From assembly GCA_950097015.1 (NCBI GenBank), contig CATNEN010000009.1:558001-622000 (forward strand): 64,000 nt of DNA, in the 5' to 3' direction. This document shows, one piece after another, positions 12,593 through 28,310 of the stretch. This DNA is from Macrostomum hystrix. Its lineage: Eukaryota; Animalia; Platyhelminthes. Position 1 is the stretch's first letter. The number at the start of each line of letters is the position of its first letter. The notes below the pieces were generated by a model that worked only from the letters and a program-made list of their open reading frames with translations, was not told the origin of the DNA and ran no database searches. Position numbers and translations under genes: made by a program.

Positions 12593-15500
12593 ATGAGCAC
12601 CTGGAGTGTACCGCACAACTTCATTCACAGCACTCATGAGCTGGACAGCAAGGCGGACCCAACCACTGTCTCGATTGTGAGTTTGAAATTTCACACTTGA
12701 AATCTGTGACCTGCAGCTTGCAGACCAGATCAATACATTTCATCTTAACTGTTTGATGCTGTTACAAAATAGCTACAAAGAGTGCCAGACACTTCGGAGT
12801 CCAAAAGGGACAATAAATATTCTCTTGGTAGAGTTTGTTAGCTTCTGAATTACACTAGTCCTGAGAACTCATTTTTGAGCTCATTGTTACTGTCACCAAT
12901 AAAGTGCTTAGGGCCAATTTGCATAGAACATTTCGTTACACGTGGACAGACTCATCAAATCAGAGCTCATCAACATGCTTCCAGGCCACAGAGTCCATGG
13001 AGGAATCGGAGGTAAATTAAGGTCACTGGCTAGAAGGAAAACAGTACAAGCATGCAGGGGTGTGTGCATGGGTGCATCACAGTTGACATTTATTCTGCGC
13101 AAACCTACTAGATGTAATTGAACACCACACTGAAGAGCTGATTAGCAGGCAGGCATTGCTGGCAAGTGACACCTTGTTGCTTGGCACTGTCACCGCACGT
13201 CAGTCTCGTGTTTCATTGCAGCAAGAGATCGACAGCGCCAGGTTTGTTTTGGGAGTCTGAGGCGGGTGTGTCAAGGGCAGGGCAGGTGTGTGGCCTCAGT
13301 GCTTGGCTACCAGCAGTCCCATTGTTTGGTAAATATTGGCGCCGCTTATGCAGATTCTGCTGCTTTGTGTCGCAGCACTTTCATGACTCTGGTCAGTCTG
13401 TTCGGGGTCAGTAAAAGCAATTTTCCAGTTTATTTAAAATGTAAGGCAAAAGCATGCATTTTGTTTTACTTTTTTACAACTGGCTTGTTTTCAGAACATT
13501 TAAATTGATCACATGCATGGCTGAATAACAGTAAATTTTGTACGCATGCGTTGGGTGTCTGATGAGCTGCACCAATAAATTCATTTTCTCATTGATACTA
13601 ACCTCACCTGTCTCCACATTGGCATTCTTCATCTGAAGATACAAACGCGTCTTAAATTCTATTCAATTAGCTGCACTGACATGCCTCTCACCTGTCCACT
13701 CAGACCAGCTTGGCCAAGAAGACCTCGCGCAAGCAGGTGACGCCAATGCTGCTGCTCACCGTGGTCTCTGCGGCGCTCTCATCCACCATGTACGGCTACA
13801 ACATGTCCAAGCTCAACACGCCCTACGAGGTACGAAATAGGTGGAAATGTTCGATTTGTCTACTCATAGTAGAACTGGGAGGCTTTCAAGGGTCTGTTGC
13901 ACTTCAGCTGAGTTGTACAACGGTCTCATGCCGCACTCACTATGCAGTTTGGCTGATCAGAATGAATATTATGGAGCTGCTCACTCATCGACTCAGATGA
14001 GTCACTCAAGACGCCTGAACATTCCGCAGATCCTGAAGAGTTTCATTAACACCACGTACACGGATCGGAACGGCGTGCCTCCAGCCGTCACCTACCTGAC
14101 GCTCATGTGGTCCGTCATCATCTCCGCATTCGTCGGTGCTGGTGCCCTCGGCTCCTTCAGCAGCGGAATCTTCGCCGAGAAGTTTGGTCGCAGGCGCGGC
14201 CTCCTCATTAACCACGTCTTTGCCTTCGCAAGCGCCGCTGCCGAGATGTCCGCCTACTACTGCAAGGTCTACGAGCTGCTAATTGTCGGCCGGGTGCTCA
14301 TCGGCTTCAACACTGGTGAGCTCTACAGGAGCATCGGAGTACCGGAAGGTTCGGAGTTTTATTGTCAGAAATTCATCGAATTGAGAGATTTCATACTTGT
14401 TCCTTCCGGCAGGCATCTCGCAGGGCCTGGTGTCCCTGTACATTTCGGAGGTGTCACCGAAGCAGGTCCGCGGCGCCTTCCTGTCCTTCCACCAGATTGG
14501 AATCGTAGTTGGCATCCTACTGGGACAGATCCTCAGCCTGGAGTTTGTGCTAGGTGAGTTTTGCTGTACCTCACTTTACATTGGGTGCAAATATATACTG
14601 GCTGTTGTTCGGAGTAGCATGCATAAGAATCTAGGACTCTTCGAACAGTCGAGCGATCTTAATATACTGTACAGGCGGCGTCACCACGTGGCCCATCTTG
14701 TGCGGTTTCTCCGTTGTGCCGTGCCTGCTGTCCTGCTGCCTGCTGCCATGCTGTCCCGAGAGCCCCCGCTACCTGTTCTCCGTGTGCAAGGACGAGGCCG
14801 GCGCCAAGACCGCCCTGTTGCGCCTTACCAAATCTAAGCACGCCGCCAAGGAGCTGCTGAACGAGATTCGCGAGGAGGAGAAAGTGGTCAGCAGCCGGCC
14901 GGACCTGTACGAGAGCTTTCAGTACCGGGACCTGTTCACCCGGCCTGAGCTGCGCAGCAGCCTCATAATGAGCGCTCTGCTCAACGTCAGCCAGCAGTGG
15001 AGCGGCATCAACGCGATCTTCGCGTACTCGCACTCCGTCTTCCACAACGCTGGCGTGGACCCTGACGCCATTCAGTTCGCCATCATTGGCACAGGCGTCA
15101 TCAACGTTGTCACTACCTTCGTCAGCTTGGCGCTCATCGAGAAGGTCGGCAGACGCAAGCTGCTGATCATCCCCAACTGGATCCTCGTGGCAAGTCTGCT
15201 GGTGTTGACCGTCAGCATCAACCAGCAGGCTAACTACCACTGGCTGAACTACTTTACCATCTGTGTTATGCTGGCCTACATTGTCGGCTTCGGATTGGGC
15301 TTTGGTGAGTCCGCTTTCAGAACTGGCTCGTGTGAATCTTCAGAATTGTCAATTTCGTACTAACGAATGCAATTGGTATAAATTAAAGGGCAAACGAGAG
15401 GATTATCAGGCTTGTAGAGCCATCAACAAAGCAAAACTTTGTTCTCCTTGCAGGCCCGCTAACCTCGATGATCACCTGCGAGACATTTGAACAGCAGGCG

Positions 15501-16572
15501 AGACCACAGGCGATGGCCGTCATTCAGACAGTGCACTACGTCAGCTGCTTCGTGCTCATGCTCACGTTTAAGTTTATGGAGGTTCGTTTTTAACACTGAC
15601 GCTGCTGCAGGAAGGGTCTCCTGACAGACCAGAGTCTCTGAGCTGCTTGAGGGGCGGAGTCCTGACAGACCAGAGTCTCTGAGCTGCTTGAGGGACGGAG
15701 TCCTGACAGACCAGAGTCTCTGAGCTGCTTGAGGGGCGGAGTCCTGACAGACCAGAGTCTCTGAGCTGCTTGAGGGGCGGAATCCTGACAGACCAGAGTC
15801 TCTGAGCTGCTTGAGGGACGGAGTCCTGGCAGACCAGAGTCTCTGAGCTGCTTGAGGGGCGGAGTCCTGGCAGACCAGAGTCTCTGAGCTGCTTGAGGGA
15901 CGGAGTCCTGACAGACCAGAGTCTCTGAGCTGCTTGAGGGACGGAGTCCTGACAGACCAGAGTCTCTGAGCTGCTTGAGGGGCGGAGTCCTGACAGACCA
16001 GAGTCTCTGAGCTGCTTGAGGGGCGGAATCCTGGCAGACCAGAGTCTCTGAGCTGCTTGAGGGGCGGAATCCTGACAGACCAGAGTCTCTGAGCTGCTTG
16101 AGGGACGGAGTCCTGGCAGACCAGAGTCTCTGAGCTGCTTGAGGGGCGGAATCCTGACAGACCAGAGTCTCTGAGCTGCTTGAGGGACGGAGTCCTGACA
16201 GACCCTCAACCTCCGATCCCGCAGGCGGCCATGAAGGAGTTTATCTTTCTTCTGTTCGCCTGCATTGTGGCCGTGGTCACCGCCTACCTGATGTTCTATC
16301 TGCCTGAGAGTGCACACCGTAGCGTTAAGGAGGTTGTCACCGACATTAAAGACGGCTGGCGCTGGCGGCCCTGTGATGGCAGCAGCAGCAGCAGCGGTGA
16401 TGACGGGGACACGGCGCAGCCGAGCAAGAACCATCACAGCAGCGGCGGCTACATCAAACGTGGCGACGCCCCATCGGTTAACAAGCAGGAGGACCTGCCG
16501 ATGCTGGCGACAGCCAAGGCGCCCAATCGGGAGGCAAACTACGAGGTGGACGAGGAGCTCGAGGAGGTCTGA
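12593..16572 (+). CDS. SLC2A: Facilitated glucose/hexose transporter (GLUT, SLC2A family, MFS)
   Basis: Phase-consistent GT-AG exons: 12593-12676 (tentative start), 13704-13829, 14030-14315, 14413-14553, 14675-15304, 15454-15581, 16225-16572. Sugar-porter motifs: YGYN, EKFGRRRGL, GRVLIG, YISEVSP..VRG, PESPRYL, QQWSGINAIFAYS, IEKVGRRKL, YLPE. Confidence 0.93.
15608..16204. repeat. 41-bp intronic minisatellite in the last GLUT intron, ~14 copies
   Basis: Unit CCTGACAGACCAGAGTCTCTGAGCTGCTTGAGGG(G/A)CGGA(G/A)T, inside intron 15582-16224. Confidence 0.95.
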
Positions 16573-18479
16573 GACCGGGCTGGTCACCCATTGAGCAGCC
16601 GGAGAACGCCTTTCGGAATATGCGTCGAATATTGATCAGGATATTGATCCTGAAGAAATTATTCTGCTATTTATTCTGGAAACCCTTTTTTCAGCAGCAG
16701 TTGTTTTGTCATTAAAGAATTCCATCTGTAGATTTTTAATTATGGACTTTTTACGCATACCGTAACGCTCGCGCTAAGCCTTATTTATTATGTAGCTGTC
16801 AATCTGTTCAAATCAAATTTCTAAGAGCATCGACCCTAATCCAGCAGCTTTTGCCTTCGTACAACGCTCTGATGCACCTGTAGAATGCACAACACACCGC
16901 TGCCCCTGTAGCACCTGCACCATCGCCTCTGATGCATGATCACCTGAGAGCTGAGCCAGCTCCCCCATCACGCTTACAAAGTACATTCGCCAAGATCCTT
17001 GCGTAGAAACTGTAGCGCGTCATCTATCCCCGCACTAAGGGCTCAGCCCCACCTTCCCTTAGCTTCTCCTTTGCTGATGAACACATAGACAACTGATTTG
17101 CACTCAAGACAAGCGAACTTCAGCAGCCAATGCTAGCAGCTGGTTCGCGAAGGCAATGGTTTACGGCCGCGCCTGTAGATTTGTGATGGCGCGCATATTT
17201 GAGCACCTCCAATCTAGAGTTTCCAAAACCTGAGCATGAGTTCAGTAGTAGATTAGTCAGCAACAATTACTCTGTCTATATCAGGCTTTTGCCATAGACA
17301 ACAGGCTGACTAACGCGGCTGACGTGGTTCGCTTTTCCACTGGGCTGCGTTGCGCTGGCAGCCAGTCGAAATTTCCTTATCCTTATGTGACCGCTGGTGT
17401 TTTTATGCAGTTACCTGCAGTTTTCTGAGAGTTCGCTAGTGCAATAAATCAGTTCACCCGGCGCCGGAGCAGACTTTATTTCTGGAGCAGCGCATAGTTC
17501 TGTCTCTCGAATTATCGCGGTAATTGTGCTCGAATTCCGCCTTATCTTAGCCAGGGCCGTTGGAGAATTTGCTGCATCCATGCTTGGGAGCCGCCAGCGA
17601 AGCCGCTGCGATAGAGCCTTATCACCTGTCCTGGAGGTGTCAATCAAACAGCGGGCCCCACCCCCAATTGTGGTGTCAGGCCGGGTGGGGCTTAACACAG
17701 GCACATGTGAAAGGCCAGGCAGTAGGGTCAAATATAATAAACAGTGAATTGTGTAGCGTGACTGCAACCTGCGCAGCGGCAGGTAACCGAGTGCAGAGCC
17801 ACACAGCCAGGCCTGTATTTGAAATGATAGGCAAATCTAACAAGGATTGACAGCAGGGCGGCTTTATCGCCAGTTTAAAACAGGCAGCTCTGAGAATCAC
17901 AGGCCAAGATCTGCTCTGCTCCCCTTTGTTGCGGGGGCGGTCTGCGAGTTACAAAATAGCAATTTATGGAGAAGTCAGACCATATGTCAGGCAAAAGGCA
18001 AATCGAGCGGTAAAATCTGAAAAATGATCACTAATAAAATTTGAAACTCATTGCAGTGAGAAAGGAATTTACGAGTACCACACAGCGCAAACACAAGAGG
18101 CCATGGTGAAAAAGGCTGCATATTGTACTGAAATATAAATATTGGAAATAGAAAGCATAGAATGACATCAGTTCCACTACTCTAAGTAGATAAGAAGGAG
18201 TGCAGCTGGACTGAATTGCAGACGCTTCACAATGGGCAACCAACAAGTCATTGACAGTTGACAGTGACAGTGAAATTCCATTCCGCTCATCTTTTCGGCA
18301 CCCCAATCCAGACACAACCATTTCTCATTGGTCCCTAAGACTGAGATTGCAAAGTAAACAGCGAAATTTATTTTAACAGGAGCCCAAGATTTAAAATAGA
18401 CAAGAGGAAATCCCGACTTGTTTGTAAAAATAGTCTCTATGATCAGGAACCCAGAGACGCCCAGCCAGTCAGCTGACGG

Positions 18480-18708
18480 TCACCAGAGCCGAGTGTGGCT
18501 GTAGTGCCTCTTCAGCCCTTGCTGGTAATCGTAGGTGGCTGGGGGGAAATAGCGGGACTTCATCGCCAGCTCCGGGCCGCCGCCATTGTTGTATAGGCTC
18601 GGATTCGCGAGGTTCGGATTCGAACGGGTCCTGGACGCGGACAAGTAGCCAGACAGACCAGGCAGGGCACCGAAACCACTGGGAGATTGGTGCTTGAGCT
18701 GGTACGGA

Positions 18709-18752
<44 letters not shown>

Positions 18753-19526
18753 ATGATGATGCTGCTGGTGACTGTTTAGCGAGGGCGACCGGCCCAGGCT
18801 ACCTACTGGCGACATGCGGCGGGCTGCGAACGCTGTCGACTCCATTAGTTCTGAATCAGAAGCTGAAAGGAAGGTTTTCAACGGACTACTCTCAGTACAC
18901 ATTAGAGCGTTGTGGTCAAAGAATCTTGCAAGACTTGAAAAATATATCGTGCTGCGAGTATTGAAATTAAAATAAAACAAGTTAATTAAATTGGACTTTA
19001 AAAACAGGAATAGCAGGCCATTTGCAATTTCCATAAATCTGCCATCTTTAGCGCACTCACGTAGTGACTCTTGTCTGTAGGCCGGTGCGGAGTGTCCGCT
19101 GAATGGAGCGGCGCTTCTTTGATGCTGCGACTGCAGCTGTGGCGACGGAGGCAGCAGGGCTGCTCGAGAGTTGCTGAGGAAGGTCAAGCGTTAAATATGC
19201 GGAAACTTTGCGCAGTTGACAAAATACACAGATTCAAAATGCAAGCTCTGCACAGTCAGTGTTTTATTATAAGCGACGGAATAAAGCTTACTCAGTATGT
19301 CTCAGTTGCTGCTGCTGCTGCTGCTGATGTCTAGCTGATGGGGGTGGAGTCTGGCGAGGTGTTTGTCTTGATGACTGAAATAGGGGCAAAAGCGAAATAT
19401 ATACACGTAAAAATTGCCGAGCATCAAGTTAAGTTCTGTCAGAAATTCTCGACTCACTGGCAGTAGGGACTTGCGGTCACCGAGAGTTGCTGAAGGAGCT
19501 GGAAGACCAGTTGGGGTGATGTTGAT
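18480..19526 (-). CDS. Unknown Q/S/P-rich low-complexity protein (partial gene)
   Basis: Four phase-consistent minus-strand exons with canonical splice sites: 19526-19458, 19374-19292, 19173-19061, 18862-18480 (INITPTGLPAP.../SSRQTPRQTPPP..QQQ/NSRAALLPP.../SDSELMESTAFAARR..polyQ..HYSHTRLW). No domain recognised and the start was not found. Confidence 0.55.
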
Positions 19527-21118
19527 CTACTGACTGATATTTAAACAAAAAACATTTTTTCAAAGACTTGCTGCTATGTTTTGAGGTGTGTTCTATAATT
19601 AGATTCAACGGCATTTTATTAGATCTGATCTATTTAACCCTGGCATCGCTAGTGTTAGACGTGAAATTTACCACATGCTAGTATAGGTTCACAAGACTGG
19701 TCTAGTGGGATCCAAGAGCTCAAAGAAAATCAGGAAGAATCTTAGAGCTACAGATTTCCAGTGAGCCCTTATAAGAAAGCGAAAAGCGATGCTATCTCTG
19801 CTCCACAGTTGGTAACAGAGGGTAGCCAGCCCCTGTCTCATTTGACTCGGTGTGCGGGAAAGCATGTATGTCTATGGCGAAACATCCTATAATTCAGTAT
19901 TTATTTTTAGCAGTCGTACATTGCATTGTAAAACGAGAATCAGATTCAGGAATGCAAACTCGTGCGTCTATGGCTAAAAACTGTTGTAGGCGTTCCGAAA
20001 TCTAAGCAACTCAGATCAGCCGCATCTGCTCAAGACACATCGAACCCCGAAGGCTTCATTTACTCAACTGAGCCGGCTCAACAAGCACAGTAAATGGTGG
20101 GCCAGGTGAGCCAATCTACACTCAATTTATTTGTGTAGCTACTGAAACACTTTGCTATCTCCCTAACTCAAGTCTGTACTGAGACTGGATTGGGGAGACA
20201 AATTGAATAACGAGTTCGACGGATTTCCTGCGATGTTGAACCTTCTTTCTGATGTTATATTTTCAAATCAAGATGTTAACAAACAAGCAGGGTGTTAAAA
20301 TCGAATAAGTCAATAAGAAGGCAGCTTGTACTTAAGTGTTTCTGATGTTTGTTCTCGTCGGATGGTCTAAGGTGATTTTCTCGATTACTATGTTTATTTG
20401 TGTAGTTTAAATTGGCTTCTTCGAATGTCTTCAATTTTGGTTCAAAGTCAGAGACTAGTGGTCGAGATTGAGTGGGAGAGCGGGTTGGTAGCTGCATTTC
20501 TCCTATAATTACTTTTATACAGCATGGTCTTGAGCTGTCACTGGCTTTCGCGTTTGCAGCAAATGGCTTATCGCAAAGTGCGTCGGGTATAAAGTATGCG
20601 AAGCGCAAATGCATTAGATGGAAAAGGGCGAAACGCGTTTGAGTCGAAATGACTTCATTTCACTACTAAGTATTAATTAGGACGGTCAGTTTGATTAACA
20701 GGGTTGAAGCTCTGTGAGCAGTGTCTGGAATTACTTTAATAGTTTGAAAGCAGCCAGCTGTCAGCAGCGATCATAGGAGTAGCTGGAAATGGCGGTAAGG
20801 CAACAGCCAGTAGCCCCCAGGCTGCCCCAGGGTTAGAAAACATGCAGGCTCACAGACAGCAAAACGAAAAGACAGCACAATGCGCTGCCCGACCGACAGT
20901 GGGTACAGCTTTCAGAATGTCGAGGTTTTTTAGCCGTCTTGATTTCAGCTCCCTGTAGGTTGGGCTTGGTTCCTAAGTCGGACTTTGTTATGAAAGTTGC
21001 ATTCCTGCTGCACCCGACTGACGACTTTGCTAATAGCTCCAGTTTTTCGACAGTAACTCGTAAGACAGACTGGCGCTAGATAACCAACGCTGACAGGCAA
21101 GTTGATTAACACCCGCAG

Positions 21119-23819
21119 ATGGTGAGTGCGCACATCGGGCAGGCGGGTTGCCAGCTGGGCCACGCGGTGTGGGAGCTGTTCTGCTTGGAGCACGGCGTGC
21201 AGGCGGACGGCCAATTAGCCACTTCGTGTAATGCCTTCGCAAGGGATCCGGCTGAGTCCGTGTTCCAACGCAAAGGGAGCAGGTTCACACCGCGGGCGGT
21301 CATGTGCGACACGGACCCGATCGTCATTGACGAGGTGCGCAACGGCGCTTATAGGCAGCTGTTTGCAAGTGAATGCCTGATATCACACAAGGAGGGCGCC
21401 GCTAGCAACTTCGCTGTCGGGCATAACAACGTCGGCAGGGCGATTTTACCGAGCGTTTCTGATGCGATGCGGCATCAAGCTGAGGCCTGCGATTGCTTAG
21501 AAGGTATCGTTCTCTACCACTCCTATGGTGGCGGTACTGGCTCCGGCTTTACTCCGCTGCTCATGGAGAAACTGAGGGACGGCTATAGCAAGAAGACTCT
21601 GCTGCAGATGGCTGTCTATCCGTCGCCGAGGTGAGGCTTTTCCGAGTTTTTTGTTGTTCCTTTCGTTGTAATTACGGGTTCGCTCTGTTTACTCCTAACG
21701 CCCCAATCGACCCGTGGTGGCATAGCAAAGAGGAGAGAGCCCACGACTCCAATAAGAGGCGGTCGTTCTCATTATCCTCGTCGCCAGATAGACGAGTCGT
21801 CCTAGCCGATGTCGAGTGTACAGGCCTGCCAGTAGCCCCTGTTCATAGCCTCAGGCGGTCGTGAGGTTGTTTTGATGCTAGTATACGAATGGTTTATGCG
21901 TTTATTAGTTTCAGGAAACAGTCCTGCTGACAGCAAAGGAATCACTGACATTTATTGCTTTAACATACCAGAGACGGGCTGTACGTGGATTTTTGCCCTT
22001 CGGGAGACACCCGGATGACCACGAATGAAAGCATTCACGAGGCGATTCAGATTTTTACAACCTGTTTCTATCTATTGAATTTCTATCACAAGCTACAGTG
22101 GCAATGCGCCACTGAAAATAATCTTGACTCAATCCGATAATTATGATGTGACACAGACTCGCGACCGGAACAGTCGAGCCGTACAACACTGTGGCCTGCC
22201 TGCAGGCCTGCGAGCCACACTCGAGCAGCGTCATACTGCTGGACAACGAAGCCATGTACAGCATCATTCAGAAATACTTTAACAGCTCGATTGCATCCAG
22301 CAACTTCACGCTGGCAAATCGGCTGTGCGCACAGCTAATCAGCTCTCTGACTGCGGGCTTTCGCTTCAGCGGCGAGCAGAACGCCACACTGGCCGACATC
22401 GCCGTCAACCTCATCCCCTACCAGCGGCTCATCTACCTCTGCCCATCGTATGCTCCGTTGACGCAAAGCGGTCTCGTTGACAACAAACGAATGACAGCTC
22501 AGAGCCTGGTGAGCGGTACAGAATCTACTGCCGTGACAGCTGTGACTTTCCTCACCTGCTTATCAATAAATGGGGAGCCAATCAGATAAGCTAATGGGTT
22601 TCCAGGCTGTGCCTAGAAACTATTAACTTGACCTGGGACTGTCTGGCGAATGTGCAGCTGTTCCTGAGAAATATGCAGCTGTTCCTGAGAAATGTGCAGC
22701 TGTTCCTGCGAAATGTGCAGCTGTTCCTGCGAAATGTGCAGCTGTTCCTGCGAAATGTGCAGCTGTTCCTGCGAAATATGCAGCTGTTCCTGGGAAATTT
22801 AAGCTGTTCCTGAGAAATGTAAGCTGTTCCTGGGAAATGTAAGCTGTTCCTGGGAAATGTAAGCTGTTCCTGGGTAATGTAAGCTGTTCCTGGGAAATGT
22901 AAGCTGTTCCTGGGAAATATCCAGCTGTTCCTGGGAAATGTAAGCTGTTCCTGGGAAATGTAAGCTGTTCCTGGGAAATGTAAGCTGTTCCTGGGAAATG
23001 TAAGCTGTTCCTGGGAAATGTGCAGCTGTTCCTGGGAAATGTAAGCTGTTCCTGGGAAATGTAAGCTGTTCCTGGGAAATGTGCAGCTGTTCCTGGGAAA
23101 TGTAAGCTGTTCCTGGGAAATGTAAGCTGTTCCTGGGAAATATCCAGCTTTAAGTCGTACCTAAGGCTTAAAAAATTAAACGTGTAGATGAGGCTGCTAC
23201 TATACGTGTCCTGCCGCAAAATCCAAAAAGCAAAACTTCGATCTAAAGCTCAGTATCTGAATTAAGAGCGCCGCTATATACGAGTACTTCCACGCAGGTG
23301 TCCGAGGCCCTATCAGATGACAACCTGTTCGTCCGCGTGGCAGCCAAGAACAAGCCCATCTTTGCGGCCTGCATGATGTTCCGCGGCGCCATCAGCGTCT
23401 CGGATAGCAGGTCAGAGCTCGGCCGCGCCTGGCCGGACCTGCTCGGCAGGGTAAAGATCGCCCACAATAGCCAGCCGCCCACCCAGGTCCCTGGCACCGG
23501 CATCGGTGTCGGGCCCTCGGCGCTGGCTGTGCTCAGCAACACGCCTGCCGTGATAGGCAAGTTCCGCAACCTGGGCCGCAAGTTCGACTCCATGTTCAGC
23601 CAGGGCAGCTTCTTGGCCACCTACCTCGCAAACGGTTTCTCCTGCGACCAGTTTGTGAACGCCAGGGAGCACCTGAGCTCAATCGAGCAGGCCTACTTAG
23701 AGAGAGTTGACGACCCATCGGTCTACGACACCCCAACAGCCTCGCCTAAAACCTCGCCATCACAGGGTCAGCTCAAAATGAAGTTCGGCCGGACTTGCGG
23801 CCCGTGGCAGCACAAGTAA
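21119..23819 (+). CDS. Highly divergent alpha-type tubulin
   Basis: Exons 21119-21630, 22157-22508, 23298-23819 (phases 2 and 0 consistent). Motifs HIGQAG, WELFCLEHG, PRAV, VIDEVRNGAYRQLF, HSYGGGTGSG, VEPYN, LDNEA, NLIPY, KFDSMF align best to alpha-tubulin. A short upstream exon may exist (ATGGCG|GTAAG at 20789 is a candidate). Confidence 0.92.
22640..23150. repeat. 20/21-bp intronic minisatellite (GCTGTTCCTGGGAAATGTAA)n in tubulin intron 2
   Basis: Direct reading. 21-bp units come first and 20-bp units follow. Confidence 0.95.
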
Positions 23820-24197
23820 TGGCAGAGGCCTCACAAATGATCCACTTGGCGACTTATCGACTTTATGAGCGAAGGCAATGTCGGGGAAAATTTGTGTTTT
23901 AACAAGAGTTTTACTTTTAATGTGAAAAGAGGTGTTATGGGCGACTGAATGCGCGAAAATATACTTTGAGAACTAACTTTGCTTTGAATGCTTTCATTTG
24001 CCACTCTTTTTATCGAATTCCTAAATGTGTTATGAGTCTACTTATTTGCTTCTTTTGGGATTCTATAAAGACGTTGCCTGTCAAAAGCCTTGTCGAGACT
24101 CGTCGAGCTTATAACAATACAATTGCGGCAAAGGATTCCGACAGGTAAATGCAAGTCCGACGGGTAAATGAAACTCCGAATGGTAAATGTGACTCAC

Positions 24198-26360
<2,163 letters not shown>

Positions 26361-27815
26361 TAGTTTTTCAGCAGACTTTCTTTATGCAATCTGGACTATG
26401 CTAAGCTCAATTACAATAAGAGAGCAGGGATTTAGAAGAGTTAATACAGACAAAATCACGTTGAAAGGAATTTAGGTTGAAAACAAGAAATTGTGAACAT
26501 TTATTGAGTCTATAGAGTACAATAAAAGAAAAAAACTAATGCAAAACTTTATTGTTCAGAGATAATTCAAGTATGTTTAGAGAAATTAGGAGAATTAAAA
26601 AACAATTTTATAAAAAAGAAAGCAATAGTCTTTGTTTTTCTTTGCCTTTCCATGTAATACAATGAACTCATTATGCGGATCATTACGGCTACTAAACTAC
26701 TACTTTCGTTTTTATTGAACCATCCATGTGTTCATCATCTTTTAGATAGTTATATATATTTTTGTTAAGCCTTTATTTTGAGGTGTTAAGTCTAGACTCT
26801 AACATTATTTCGTTACAGTACAAAGGCTTAAGTTAATATGAGTTTCTTTGGTGTAACTAAGACAGGCTGTGGTACCCATGCCAGAACTTAAGGGCATTGG
26901 CCTTAATGCTTGATTCAAACCATTGTATGCAGCACTATTTAAATTTTAGATAATGGCCTGAATTCAAAGTTTTTGTATCATATCATTCAACTCATGCCAC
27001 CAAAGTTGTTGCAGGAATATAGGCTTTATCTACTTTATAATTTTTTACTATTAAGATTGAATGTAGCAGCATAGTGCTCAGACAGAGTACCACTTTAGCA
27101 TAAGCTAGGCCCTAATTGTTATTAAGACAGGTAGTTGTTATCTACTTATAGTAAAGTGCCTGTAGATTATTCGCACATAGTGTAATAAACTATGATCCAA
27201 TAGAGGGTGGCCCCAAATCTGTTTGGGGAGATATGGGTAGAGGCAATGCCAGAGGTACTCTTCAATGTGGTTGTCAAATAAAAGTAAAAAAATAATATAA
27301 AATTACATTCAAAAAATATTTTTATGTTTATGTTACTTATTGCTAAGTAATACTAAATCTTAAATCTTAATACTTCGTTTTTAAAAAAGAGAAAAAAAAT
27401 AAAAATAATTATGCATAGAAGAGTAGAAAATTGCCAAAAGTTAATAAAGCTAAATATGGATTAAAAGGCATTCAAAATGCTTTCTTGCTTTTCAACAAGC
27501 TTTCTTACTTGTACTTATTATTCAGTAGTGCTAAATGTGTTTTAAACCCACTTTTAAGACTAAGTCCTTAAGTGTGCATGCCAAGAATTCAATCTAACAT
27601 GAGTGCATGTCAATGAAGCATGCCAAATTAGGCAGGAAACTCTAGTGCACACCCAAATTTTTGGGTATTACTACATAATCCTGACTGTCTGAGTGTATTT
27701 AATTAGGCCTATGTATGGTAGTATATTTAATTTTTTTAAAGTAACATAGCTAATTTTATATAGCTGCATATTTGATTATATATAATTTGGTATATTATAT
27801 TAATGTGGATAATAA

Positions 27816-28310
27816 TTTATTTTATGTATATAATTTTAAAAATGTTTATAGGTTTATTATAATGTTTATGTTTATTTTCTGAAGAGCATGGTCAATGATC
27901 TTAAGGGTACAGCTATACTTCTGTTTTCTGTTATATTGTCTTGGATTGTATTCATCTCCATATGTCTTAGTAATAACTAACTTAAGAACACTTCAATGTA
28001 TTAATAGAACATTGATTTCTCAGCAATCCTCTAGTTTTGCATATTTAATTAAAGTTTACTTGATAACAAAAAGTTTAACAACTTATTTTAATAAAATATA
28101 TAAACAATTATTAACAACCAACAAGCCACTTATATCAGAATTTTAGGGCCCTGCATATATAACTCTCCAATCTGAATGTTTGCAATAGTTTAGACAGGCT
28201 GGTCACAGCAAACTGTGAAGGCTCTTTAGGTCAGCATCATATGCAAAGTGCAACCAGTTGGTTGGGGCTTATGTCAGTGGGCTTTGAATGCTATGCTTGT
28301 GCCTCAGGTA
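27816..28310. repeat. 495-bp direct repeat, copy 1 (left flank of the LINE)
   Basis: Appears identical to 30532-31026 (offset 2716). The identical 83-aa ORFs at 27895 and 30611 confirm it. Confidence 0.95.

Noticed and set aside
17387-17810. Possible solo LTR (TGTGAC start, AATAAA near the end)
   Set aside because: No convincing CA end, TSD or second copy.
27895-28146. Duplicated 83-aa ORF (also 30611-30862)
   Set aside because: Chance AT-rich ORF within the 495-bp duplication; no homology recognised.
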